Assembly: GCA_048267165.1 (NCBI GenBank)
Contig: JBLWYD010000001.1
Span: forward strand, 128,073-192,072
Length of the DNA: 64,000 nucleotides
Origin: Bacteroidota bacterium
GTDB taxonomy: Bacteria > Bacteroidota > Ignavibacteria > Kapaibacteriales > UBA2268
Direction of reading: 5' to 3'
Below the pieces are notes generated by a model. The model had not been told where the DNA came from. It saw only the letters and a program-made list of their open reading frames with translations, and did no database searches. The position numbers and the translations under genes were made by a program. Numbering within the stretch: the stretch's first letter is position 1; every line of letters starts with the position of its first letter. Positions 18,275 to 26,439 of the stretch are shown here, one piece after another.

Positions 18275-19468
18275 TTACTTTATAAGACCGAACTCTTTTC
18301 CAACTTCACCGAAGATTTCTAATATCTTATCTAGGTGTTGTTTTTCGTGAGTAGCCATATAGCTAGTACGCATCATACTCATAGTAGGAGGCACTCCCGG
18401 AGGAATAAACGCATTGACAAAAACACCTGCGTCGTATAGTCTTCTCCACATCATCAGTGCTTTTTCTACATCACCAACGATAACTGGTACTATAGCCGTT
18501 AAGCTGTCTAGTACTTCGAATCCAAGTTCATTGAATCCAGCACGCATATAGTCTGCATTTTCTTTTAGTCTAGTTACTCTTTCTGGCTCTCTTTCCAGCA
18601 CGTCAAGGGCTGCTAAAGTAGCCGCACAAGACGATGGCGTAGGGCTTGCACTGAATATTAGTGCTGGTGAAGTATGCTTAACAAAGTCGATCACTTTACT
18701 AGGGCCGGCTACGAATCCACCCAATGACGCGAAAGTCTTAGAGAATGTACCCATTATCATATCTGTTTCTTCTACTAATCCGTAGTGGCTAGCAGTACCA
18801 CGACCACCAACACCCACAACACCAGTAGCGTGAGCATCATCTATCAATACTCTTGCATTATATTTCTTAGCCAATTCCAATAATTCAGGTAAGTGAACTA
18901 GTTCACCAGTTACGGAGAATACCCCGTCTGATACTAATAGCTTACCAGCATCTAAGGGTAAATTGCTAAGTACTCTTTCTAGGTCAGCCATATCATTGTG
19001 CTTATAACGCACAAGTTCAACGAATGCACCTTTGGCCATCATAGCACCATTAATAAGACAAGCGTGATTCTCCTTGTCCATTATTATATATTCGCCTTTC
19101 GTAGGTAGTGCAGAGATAGTACCTATACCAGTTTGGTAACCCGTACTGAATAGCAATACTTCTTCGAACCCTAAGTATTTTGCTAATCTATGCTCTAATT
19201 CTATATGCAAATCTAATGTACCAGTGAGGTATCTAGAACCCGAACAACCAGTACCGTATTTTTCTATTGCTTTTATTGCTGCTTCCCTAACTTCGGGGTG
19301 GGCAGTTAGTCCGAGGTAATTGTTAGAGCCAGCCATAATAACTTTACGGCCTTCCATACTTACAACTGGACCTTCATTCTCTTCTACAGCTCGAAAGTAT
19401 GGGTAAATACCCTTCTCTTTTGCTTCATCCGCCACATGAAAACTATACGCTTTGTCGAATAAATCCAC
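18275..19468 (-). CDS. PLP-dependent alpha-oxoamine synthase, serine palmitoyltransferase-like (Kbl/BioF family)
   Basis: NNYLGL, GSRYLTG, DDAHATG and the GTFSK Schiff-base lysine block. N- and C-terminal regions ([13 protein letters not shown]..., [23 protein letters not shown]) resemble bacterial SPT more than BioF, by eye. Confidence 0.85.
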   Translation of the reverse strand: MDLFDKAYSFHVADEAKEKGIYPYFRAVEENEGPVVSMEGRKVIMAGSNNYLGLTAHPEVREAAIKAIEKYGTGCSGSRYLTGTLDLHIELEHRLAKYLGFEEVLLFSTGYQTGIGTISALPTKGEYIIMDKENHACLINGAMMAKGAFVELVRYKHNDMADLERVLSNLPLDAGKLLVSDGVFSVTGELVHLPELLELAKKYNARVLIDDAHATGVVGVGGRGTASHYGLVEETDMIMGTFSKTFASLGGFVAGPSKVIDFVKHTSPALIFSASPTPSSCAATLAALDVLEREPERVTRLKENADYMRAGFNELGFEVLDSLTAIVPVIVGDVEKALMMWRRLYDAGVFVNAFIPPGVPPTMSMMRTSYMATHEKQHLDKILEIFGEVGKEFGLIK

Positions 19469-19558
19469 TTTTACCTCTTTTCCTAATCTTCTGTTTCAAT
19501 TTTAAAAAACAAATATAATCAAATAATTGTTCACAGAAAAAACATAAGATATTCACAC

Positions 19559-19873
19559 CTAATTATTTAATAGGGGAATCCATAAATGTTTTTTCATATC
19601 AACACTATCTCCATCGAACTCAACGCCCTCTGATTCGAGCATTTCACGCATATATGTAGGGGTCGGGAAGTGCATTTTCCCAGTTAGTTCGCCCAATCTA
19701 TTAACCACTCTGTGAGCTGGAATATCTGAAGATAATTTGGTACTATTGAGTGCCCAGCCAACATAACGAGCAGAGGATTGCAAACCAATTGCTTTGGCAA
19801 TGGCGCCATAAGTTGTTACTTTGCCAATTGGTATTTGCTTCACTATTTTGAATATATTTTCGTTTACTGACAT
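19559..19873 (-). CDS. alkyltransferase-like (ATL) protein, MGMT DNA-binding domain without the acceptor Cys
   Basis: IPIGKVTTYGAIA helix-turn-helix block and PAHRVV in place of the MGMT active site PCHRV. Confidence 0.8.
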   Translation of the reverse strand: MSVNENIFKIVKQIPIGKVTTYGAIAKAIGLQSSARYVGWALNSTKLSSDIPAHRVVNRLGELTGKMHFPTPTYMREMLESEGVEFDGDSVDMKKHLWIPLLNN

Positions 19874-19877
19874 AATT

Positions 19878-20519
19878 ATGATAAATGATCAAATAAAATT
19901 CTTCGATTTTCTTAATAATCGACTCAAATCTGATTTGCCGGGTGCGAAAGCACACATCAAAATGGCACCATTCGGCGATTTGGAGCGACTAAATAATAAT
20001 ATACCAAGAGCGGACGCCAAAAAGAGCGCAGTTCTCCTACTCATTAACGAGAAAATGGAACTTTTGTTCACTCTACGAAGTAGCAAGTTACGCAAACATA
20101 GTGGACAAATCTCATTTCCCGGTGGTAGAGCAGACGATGGCGAAACCTACGAACAAACAGCTCTCCGCGAGACTGAAGAAGAAGTAGGAATTAGCAGTAG
20201 CAAAATAGAACTAATAGGGCGGATGTCTGGGCTATACGTTCCACCTTCGAATAATATAATCCAGCCAGTAATAGGGCGAATTCCTAGTAATATTGATTTA
20301 CTACTAAACCCCGATGAAGTGGAAGAAGCATTCTACGTGCCACTAGAGAGCTTCCTCAATGAAGAAATGCTGAAAACAAAGAACACAGTTTTCAATGGCA
20401 AACCGTTCGCGTATCCTTATTGGGATGTGCACCACAGTGTACCCTTGTGGGGAGCCACAGCTATAGTTATGAGTGAATTTATTTATTTAGTTAATGAGTT
20501 TAGGGAAGGGGGTGATTAA
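19878..20519 (+). CDS. NUDIX hydrolase, CoA pyrophosphatase-like
   Basis: Nudix box GGRADDGETYEQTALRETEEEVGI preceded by SGQISFPGG. The ATG at 19878 keeps the conserved LPG..AH.KMAP N-terminus. Confidence 0.85.
   Translation: MINDQIKFFDFLNNRLKSDLPGAKAHIKMAPFGDLERLNNNIPRADAKKSAVLLLINEKMELLFTLRSSKLRKHSGQISFPGGRADDGETYEQTALRETEEEVGISSSKIELIGRMSGLYVPPSNNIIQPVIGRIPSNIDLLLNPDEVEEAFYVPLESFLNEEMLKTKNTVFNGKPFAYPYWDVHHSVPLWGATAIVMSEFIYLVNEFREGGD
20476..20507. repeat. 32-bp direct repeat, copy 1 (inside the last codons of the NUDIX gene)
   Basis: AATTTATTTATTTAGTTAATGAGTTTAGGGAA; 31/32 identical to 21715-21746. Confidence 0.9.
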
Positions 20520-20935
20520 GGTGATGAGTTTGCTAATTCATTTCTTATATACTCTTTATCTTCAAAGCTAACAGCTCTAGATTTTAGTAATAAGTTTAAG
20601 ATAGCAATATAGTCTTCGTTAGTGATTTGACCACTATATTTAAAATCTCCTTTTAGAATTAATGACTCTATATCCTCTTGGAGTATCTCCTTTGTTTGCC
20701 AGCAATTCACAAAAGTATCTAAGGTGGCATTCAGGATTACAGAATGATTAATCTTTAAAAGAAAATCTTCTCTTTCAGTACCTAAGAATGCCTTTTGATT
20801 TTCTTTTTGACTTGTGCATACAGAGATTAGAAATGGAGTTGAGCTAGAAAGAAATATATGATAATGCGGCTTCTCGGGGAATTCTGGATTCCTAAAATAA
20901 TATACACTTTTCGCCTTAATTGAATAGTTAGCCAT
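20516..20935 (-). CDS. unknown 139-aa protein, candidate toxin partner of the Panacea-domain gene
   Basis: ATG lies 11 nt after the stop of the upstream gene (a TTG at 20941 is also possible). No TM segment and no recognisable toxin motif. Confidence 0.65.
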   Translation of the reverse strand: MANYSIKAKSVYYFRNPEFPEKPHYHIFLSSSTPFLISVCTSQKENQKAFLGTEREDFLLKINHSVILNATLDTFVNCWQTKEILQEDIESLILKGDFKYSGQITNEDYIAILNLLLKSRAVSFEDKEYIRNELANSSP

Positions 20936-20946
20936 TTTCAAGAGTG

Positions 20947-21558
20947 TTAGGCGTTGAATTCTTGGTAGTAGGCCTTACTTGAATTAATTTCCCCTTCACT
21001 CTGAGAACTAAAAATCGTAAGTGGATCATCTTTTGGATTTTCGAAGAAATCACTCATATCGATTGAGATGCTAGATTTAGGATTCTTATTTATTTCTGTC
21101 TTGTGCTTTAACCATTCGGGATATAGATGAGTAATATCTACTAAATCAAAACTTCCCTTATCTTTACTTAGCTGATAAACTTCCTCTAGAACTTCAATAT
21201 CTGTTTCAGAAAATTTACCCTGGTCAACATCTTCAATTGATTGATATGTGTAATTATTTAAAACTTCGATATACAGACTTTTATAATAGTTTTGCTCTTG
21301 ATTAAGTCGATTAGAAGCACCTGTTATATCTTTCGCTAATGAACCAACTGGTCCATATTCCATTGCAAAATATGTGTCATTTGTCAGTGTACTACCATAC
21401 TTTCGCAAATGCAGTCTATCCGCTAACCAATATATTTTTATTGCTTTTAATTTATCTACTTTACCACCCTCTTTTCTTGCTATCCAGTTTAATACCTGTA
21501 CGGATTTCAAGTAATTTCGTCGTAAATTAGGATAATTTGATCTGTTAAATTTTTCCAT
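20947..21558 (-). CDS. DUF4065 / Panacea-domain protein (SocA/PanA-like antitoxin candidate)
   Basis: KAIKIYWLADRLHLRKYGSTLTNDTYFAMEYGPVGS block. The ATG at 21558 is preceded by AGGAG (Shine-Dalgarno) 7 nt upstream. Confidence 0.75.
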   Translation of the reverse strand: MEKFNRSNYPNLRRNYLKSVQVLNWIARKEGGKVDKLKAIKIYWLADRLHLRKYGSTLTNDTYFAMEYGPVGSLAKDITGASNRLNQEQNYYKSLYIEVLNNYTYQSIEDVDQGKFSETDIEVLEEVYQLSKDKGSFDLVDITHLYPEWLKHKTEINKNPKSSISIDMSDFFENPKDDPLTIFSSQSEGEINSSKAYYQEFNA

Positions 21559-21714
21559 GTTCTCACTCCTTTCTGTACAAAAATAATATTTCACATCATT
21601 TTTTCCAAAGTAATTCTTTTTATTTCAATACATTTGCTTGTATATCGCTTAATATCTAAACGAAATAAATACAAAATAGTTTTACCTTAATTCTGACTAC
21701 CTCCCCTACCCCTA

Positions 21715-21746
21715 AATTTATTTACTTAGTTAATGAGTTTAGGGAA
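21715..21746. repeat. 32-bp direct repeat, copy 2
   Basis: AATTTATTTACTTAGTTAATGAGTTTAGGGAA, followed in the NUDIX frame by AAT AAT TCG TAA. Confidence 0.9.
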
Positions 21747-21769
21747 AATAATTCGTAATTTGTGCGACT

Positions 21770-23164
21770 ATGAATGACTTAAATAATAAAACAATCGATT
21801 GGTCTGTGCCCCCTGCGAGTACGGATATTCCAGCTTTTTTAGCTCCTGATACAAAGAGAATAAATATAAGCAATAACTCACAGTTATTGCATTTCTATAG
21901 TAATACGCACCCCCTTGTTTCTTTCAAAATCGTATTCCACAAAGGAACATCTGAGGAAGAATACCCAGGTATTTCGAAAGTTATGTTCGAGCTTCTAACA
22001 TCAGGTACTGATAGCAAATCGGCTCTCGATTTCGCGACTGAACTCGATTATCTAGGTGCTTCGCTCAACTTTACTGAAAGTAAAGATTATGCAATTTGTA
22101 GATTAGATTGCCTTAAAGATGTTTTCGATACGGCATTTGAGCTACTGAAAGACGCTCTTTTCAATCCAAAATTCGACGATCAAGAAATAGAAAAAACTAT
22201 ACGTAAATTCAAATCAGCTAAAGAGCAAGAAGAGGCGGACTCTAACTACCTCAGCACTACCACTATGATGGCTTCGCTTTTCCGTGAGCATCCGTACGGT
22301 AACCCAGAATATGGCTTCAGCGATGAGATAGAGGAATTCACACGTAAGAATATCAAAAACTGCTGGGAATCGTATATTTCTGGTGCAAGAGTTTCTATAG
22401 TTGCTACGGGTAATATGCGCGAAGAAACTGCTCTAAAATATGCTAACCAATTAGTTAACCAAATGGCTGATGATGTATATAATGAGGAAGTAGATAATAT
22501 ACTCGTTCGTGAGCAAAACAAACTAGTAATTGTGAATTTCAATTCTAGTTCGCAATCTGTTATTAGTGTTGGTAAGCCAACAATTAACATAAAGCACGAG
22601 AATTATGCTGGTCTTAGTCTTGTCAATGTTATCTTTGGTGGGTATTTCCTATCTAGGTTGAACCACTTGATAAGAGAACAAAAAGGATTGACTTACGGAG
22701 TTCATTCTTCTATTAGCTCGGCTGTTCATACAGGACTACTGGGTGTATCTACGTCTGTTAATCTGGATAAAACTAGAGAAGTAGTCTCGGATATACTTGA
22801 AGAAATGTCAAAAATAGCAAATGAAATGCTAGAAGATGACGAGCTACAAAGAGCAAAGAACTACTATCTTGGTAGCTTCCTACGTAGTGCAGAGAGCCAC
22901 AAGCAAATCTCGAAAATGCTAACAACAATCGCTCTCAATGACCTAGATGATGACTATTATAACGGATTTTACAGAAAAATAAAGAATATAAGAAGCGACG
23001 AACTTTTCAGCACACAGATTGACTTATTCAAGCCAGAAGGTCTATCAATAGCAATAGCTGGGAACGAAAAAAAGCTAGTAGAGCAGTTTGATGGCTACTT
23101 CGATAGATACGATATATTGGACAAAGAAGGCAAGATTTTAGGACGTTACGAAAACAATAACTAA
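21770..23164 (+). CDS. M16 (pitrilysin/insulinase) family protein, probably the non-catalytic type
   Basis: M16 two-domain layout. The position of the HxxEH zinc motif reads GISKVMFELLTSGT, so there is no His pair. Confidence 0.75.
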   Translation: MNDLNNKTIDWSVPPASTDIPAFLAPDTKRINISNNSQLLHFYSNTHPLVSFKIVFHKGTSEEEYPGISKVMFELLTSGTDSKSALDFATELDYLGASLNFTESKDYAICRLDCLKDVFDTAFELLKDALFNPKFDDQEIEKTIRKFKSAKEQEEADSNYLSTTTMMASLFREHPYGNPEYGFSDEIEEFTRKNIKNCWESYISGARVSIVATGNMREETALKYANQLVNQMADDVYNEEVDNILVREQNKLVIVNFNSSSQSVISVGKPTINIKHENYAGLSLVNVIFGGYFLSRLNHLIREQKGLTYGVHSSISSAVHTGLLGVSTSVNLDKTREVVSDILEEMSKIANEMLEDDELQRAKNYYLGSFLRSAESHKQISKMLTTIALNDLDDDYYNGFYRKIKNIRSDELFSTQIDLFKPEGLSIAIAGNEKKLVEQFDGYFDRYDILDKEGKILGRYENNN

Positions 23165-23210
23165 TACCATTCGTAATATGTATTTTAATATGATAATCAG
23201 ATAAAAGAAT

Positions 23211-24182
23211 ATGGCAAATGATATCGAGCTACTAAAAGAGCTTTCCGAATCGATAAATAAAGTTAAAAGTGAAGTTGCGAAAGTAATAATAGGTCAAGAT
23301 AAAGTAGTCGAAGAGCTACTAATATCACTGTTTGCTAAGGGTAATTGCCTACTAGTAGGAGTACCCGGATTAGCGAAAACATTGCTTATTCGTACGTTAG
23401 CCGAATCATTGCAATTAGATTTCTCACGTATCCAATTTACACCAGATCTAATGCCCGGTGATATTACTGGGACAGAGGTGATAGAGGACGATCTATCTAC
23501 AGGTAAAAAGACTTTCAGATTCGTACAAGGTCCAATATTCTCGAATATAGTACTTGCCGATGAGATAAACAGAACTCCTCCTAAAACTCAAGCAGCTTTA
23601 CTAGAGGCGATGCAAGAGCACGAGGTGACTGCTGCCGGTAAAACTCTGAGCTTGCAAGAGCCGTTTTTCGTATTAGCTACGCAAAACCCAATTGAGCAAG
23701 AGGGTACTTACCCATTACCAGAAGCACAGTTAGACAGATTTATGTTCAACATAATGCTAGACTATCCTTCTCTAAAAGAAGAAGTAGAGATAGTAAAATC
23801 GACTACAGTAGAGACAAAAACTACTATCAACCGAGTAATTGGTGCAGACAAGATTATCGAATTCCAAAACCTAATCCGCCGTATTCCTGTGGCTGATAAT
23901 GTGGTAGAATATGCGGTAAATCTAGTGCGTAGTACTCGCCCCGATTACACTGATTCAGAACTAGTGAAGAAATACATTAGCTATGGTGCTGGCCCTAGAG
24001 CGAGCCAATACCTAGTGCTTGGTGCCAAATCAAGAGCTGGTATAAAAGGTAACTCTTCACCAGAAATTGCTGACGTGAAAGAAGTAGCAGTTTCTGTACT
24101 TCAACACAGAATAGTGACTAACTTCAACGCTGAAGCAGAAGGCATAGATTCTGTAAAGATAATCAAAGAACTAATAAAATAA
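23211..24182 (+). CDS. MoxR-family AAA+ ATPase
   Basis: Walker A GVPGLAKT, Walker B VLADEINR, LEAMQE, ATQNPIEQEGTYPLPEAQLDRF. Confidence 0.95.
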   Translation: MANDIELLKELSESINKVKSEVAKVIIGQDKVVEELLISLFAKGNCLLVGVPGLAKTLLIRTLAESLQLDFSRIQFTPDLMPGDITGTEVIEDDLSTGKKTFRFVQGPIFSNIVLADEINRTPPKTQAALLEAMQEHEVTAAGKTLSLQEPFFVLATQNPIEQEGTYPLPEAQLDRFMFNIMLDYPSLKEEVEIVKSTTVETKTTINRVIGADKIIEFQNLIRRIPVADNVVEYAVNLVRSTRPDYTDSELVKKYISYGAGPRASQYLVLGAKSRAGIKGNSSPEIADVKEVAVSVLQHRIVTNFNAEAEGIDSVKIIKELIK

Positions 24183-24232
24183 CCCTATATTCGTAATTGA
24201 ATTAGTAACTAATATTACTACTCAAACAGGCT

Positions 24233-24847
24233 ATGAAAGAAAAGCACTTCATATCGAATAAGAACGAATCTGTACGTATGTTCAAATGGAACATAATAGA
24301 AGCATTATCCAAGACTCATTGGACTTTGCCAGTCATCGTTTATCTGCCTATTATAGCCTATCTATTGTATTTGGGATTCAGCGGTGATATGAGCGTAATT
24401 GCTTCATTGCTTATGTTTCTATTAGGACTATTCGTGTGGACATTTGCTGAGTATTTTATGCACCGATTCGTCTTCCACTATGAGCCGAAAACGGATTGGG
24501 GTAAACGATTCCATTGGCTTATGCACGGAGTACACCACGACTATCCGCAAGATGCAAATCGACTAGTATTACCACCGGGTTTGAGTCTTATATTTGCTAG
24601 TATATTTTTACTTTTCTTCTATTTATTTATACCGATGCCGAGCTTATTTCCATATTTTGCAGGATTCTTATTTGGTTATTTGGTCTATGATATTGGGCAT
24701 TACGCTATGCACCATTTCTCTTTCAAAAGCGATTTATTCAAAAAGATAAAACTGCACCACATGAAGCACCACTACGTAGAGCCACACGAGGGCTACGGAG
24801 TTAGCTCACCGCTTTGGGATATTATATTCCGAACTAGAGGGAAGTGA
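24233..24847 (+). CDS. fatty acid hydroxylase superfamily membrane enzyme (FA2H/Scs7-like)
   Basis: Four His boxes HRFVFH, HGVHHDYP, HYAMHH and HHMKHHY, with four TM helices. Confidence 0.85.
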   Translation: MKEKHFISNKNESVRMFKWNIIEALSKTHWTLPVIVYLPIIAYLLYLGFSGDMSVIASLLMFLLGLFVWTFAEYFMHRFVFHYEPKTDWGKRFHWLMHGVHHDYPQDANRLVLPPGLSLIFASIFLLFFYLFIPMPSLFPYFAGFLFGYLVYDIGHYAMHHFSFKSDLFKKIKLHHMKHHYVEPHEGYGVSSPLWDIIFRTRGK

Positions 24848-24972
24848 GTTTCTTACTCAGTCATAATTAGTTTATCTTTATGGATTATTAATGCTCCCCC
24901 TGTGATATGTAAATCTCTAGTCCATCCATTTCTCTATGCATAATTAATTACCTAACGTTAAGTTCTAGCTAT

Positions 24973-25308
24973 TCATTCAATATTTGTAATGAAAATATGA
25001 GAATAAGCAGGTCCCATGTCGTGGCATACTATAAGTTCATCATTTTTGGGTTCTCTAAATTCTACATAAATTCGCATCCCTTTAGTTTTTAAATTGTCGG
25101 GTAAATTATTCGCATAATAAATTTTCCCAAATGCATTTTCAGGCAGTCCCGTGACCGTATTATCAAGTTCTATTAATAATAAACCACAATCCATTCCTTT
25201 TCCAAGAACTGTTGCATTAGTTTGGTCTTCAAAATTTGTTGTAGATTTATCGCTACATGAAATTAATATGAATACTAGTCCTATAATAAATACAATTATT
25301 TTTTTCAT
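24973..25308 (-). CDS. small lipoprotein, hypothetical
   Basis: Lipobox ILISC|SDKS. ATGA overlap with the upstream gene. Confidence 0.7.
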   Translation of the reverse strand: MKKIIVFIIGLVFILISCSDKSTTNFEDQTNATVLGKGMDCGLLLIELDNTVTGLPENAFGKIYYANNLPDNLKTKGMRIYVEFREPKNDELIVCHDMGPAYSHIFITNIE

Positions 25309-25889
25309 TCTATTTTCTCTCCTGTTTCGACTCCATTTATTTTAGAGTAAATTAAATCTATTTTATCTATTTGCCAAAAACTACTAACTAATCCTATATC
25401 TTTTGCATAATAAAACATAATCCCTGCATCCCTCTCTATCTCACCTTCTTCTATAGAAGCGTAATCATTAAAGTCACCAACTTTAGTCCTAATTACTGTA
25501 GAACTATTTTTTTCCATTATAGTCTTTAATCTTAACGAATTGTATGTATCATTATCTATAGTAATATCCTTAAATACTCTAAAAAGTAAATCTTCATTGT
25601 CCTTATAAGTATAATAATAAATACCGTCATTGGTTCGGATATAATTTGTGTCTAATTCAAAAATATTATCAACAAGAACGAAGTATTCTCTTTTAGATAT
25701 TACCTTTTTTCCTATGATTTTTAAATAAAGATAGGACGTGTCTTGTCTAACAGATTCATATTGCCACTCATTTCCTACATGTAAAGGAAAATATGACCCA
25801 TTAGAATTTTTAATTCCTGGTTGTGTTGAATTATCATCGCTGCACCCCAAAATAGCTAACAGAGCTAGTAGTAGTAATATTTTATTCAT
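25305..25889 (-). CDS. lipoprotein, hypothetical (shares its signal peptide with the next cassette)
   Basis: ATG at 25889 gives MNKILLLLALLAILGC|SDDN. It overlaps the stop of the upstream gene by 8 nt. Confidence 0.75.
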   Translation of the reverse strand: MNKILLLLALLAILGCSDDNSTQPGIKNSNGSYFPLHVGNEWQYESVRQDTSYLYLKIIGKKVISKREYFVLVDNIFELDTNYIRTNDGIYYYTYKDNEDLLFRVFKDITIDNDTYNSLRLKTIMEKNSSTVIRTKVGDFNDYASIEEGEIERDAGIMFYYAKDIGLVSSFWQIDKIDLIYSKINGVETGEKIE

Positions 25890-26439
25890 CCCAACTCCAT
25901 TCATAATATCTTAATGTATCAAATATCATCTCAGTGTCCTTAGAAATTTTAGGTATTGAGATTGCCTCGGTATAACCAGCGCCTTCTTTTGTTACGTCTC
26001 TTATGGTTATATCAAGTACATACCTACATTGATTTAATTTCGAATTTTTAAATATTTTCCTAATGAACCAAGGACTTCCACCATTTGTCCTTACCTCAAA
26101 GAGTATTAAATCCCTCTTAGAAAAATCCACATCAATATAATTAGTATCATTATTGCATGGTAATCCCGAATTTTCAATTAAAACTTTAGATTCTTCATAC
26201 AATTGCTTAAATTCATTTTCCTGTTTTATCAGTTTACCTCTTTCATACAAATCATACCAGATACAAGGTATCTCTAATGTATCTATATCGGTCATTTCCA
26301 CCCAATTGGGGTCACTTTCGAGTTCCTCTAATGTGTATTTTTTATCAAGGTTTTCCTTGACTTCGTTTTTAGTAGGTGCATTATCATCGCTGCATCCTAT
26401 GAAGGCTAATAGAGCAAGTAGTAGTAATATTTTATTCAT
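25882..26439 (-). CDS. lipoprotein, cassette paralog B
   Basis: MNKILLLLALLAFIGC|SDDN. Long identical stretches with the 26432 ORF (NEVKENLDKKYTLEELESDPNWVE, TDIDTLEIPCIWYDLY, FDTLRYY). Confidence 0.8.
   Translation of the reverse strand: MNKILLLLALLAFIGCSDDNAPTKNEVKENLDKKYTLEELESDPNWVEMTDIDTLEIPCIWYDLYERGKLIKQENEFKQLYEESKVLIENSGLPCNNDTNYIDVDFSKRDLILFEVRTNGGSPWFIRKIFKNSKLNQCRYVLDITIRDVTKEGAGYTEAISIPKISKDTEMIFDTLRYYEWSWDE

Noticed and set aside
19743-19955. 70-aa minus-strand ORF, and the long NUDIX start at 19821
   Set aside because: Both overlap the well-supported ATL gene or its start. The ATG at 19878 gives a NUDIX N-terminus consistent with family conservation.
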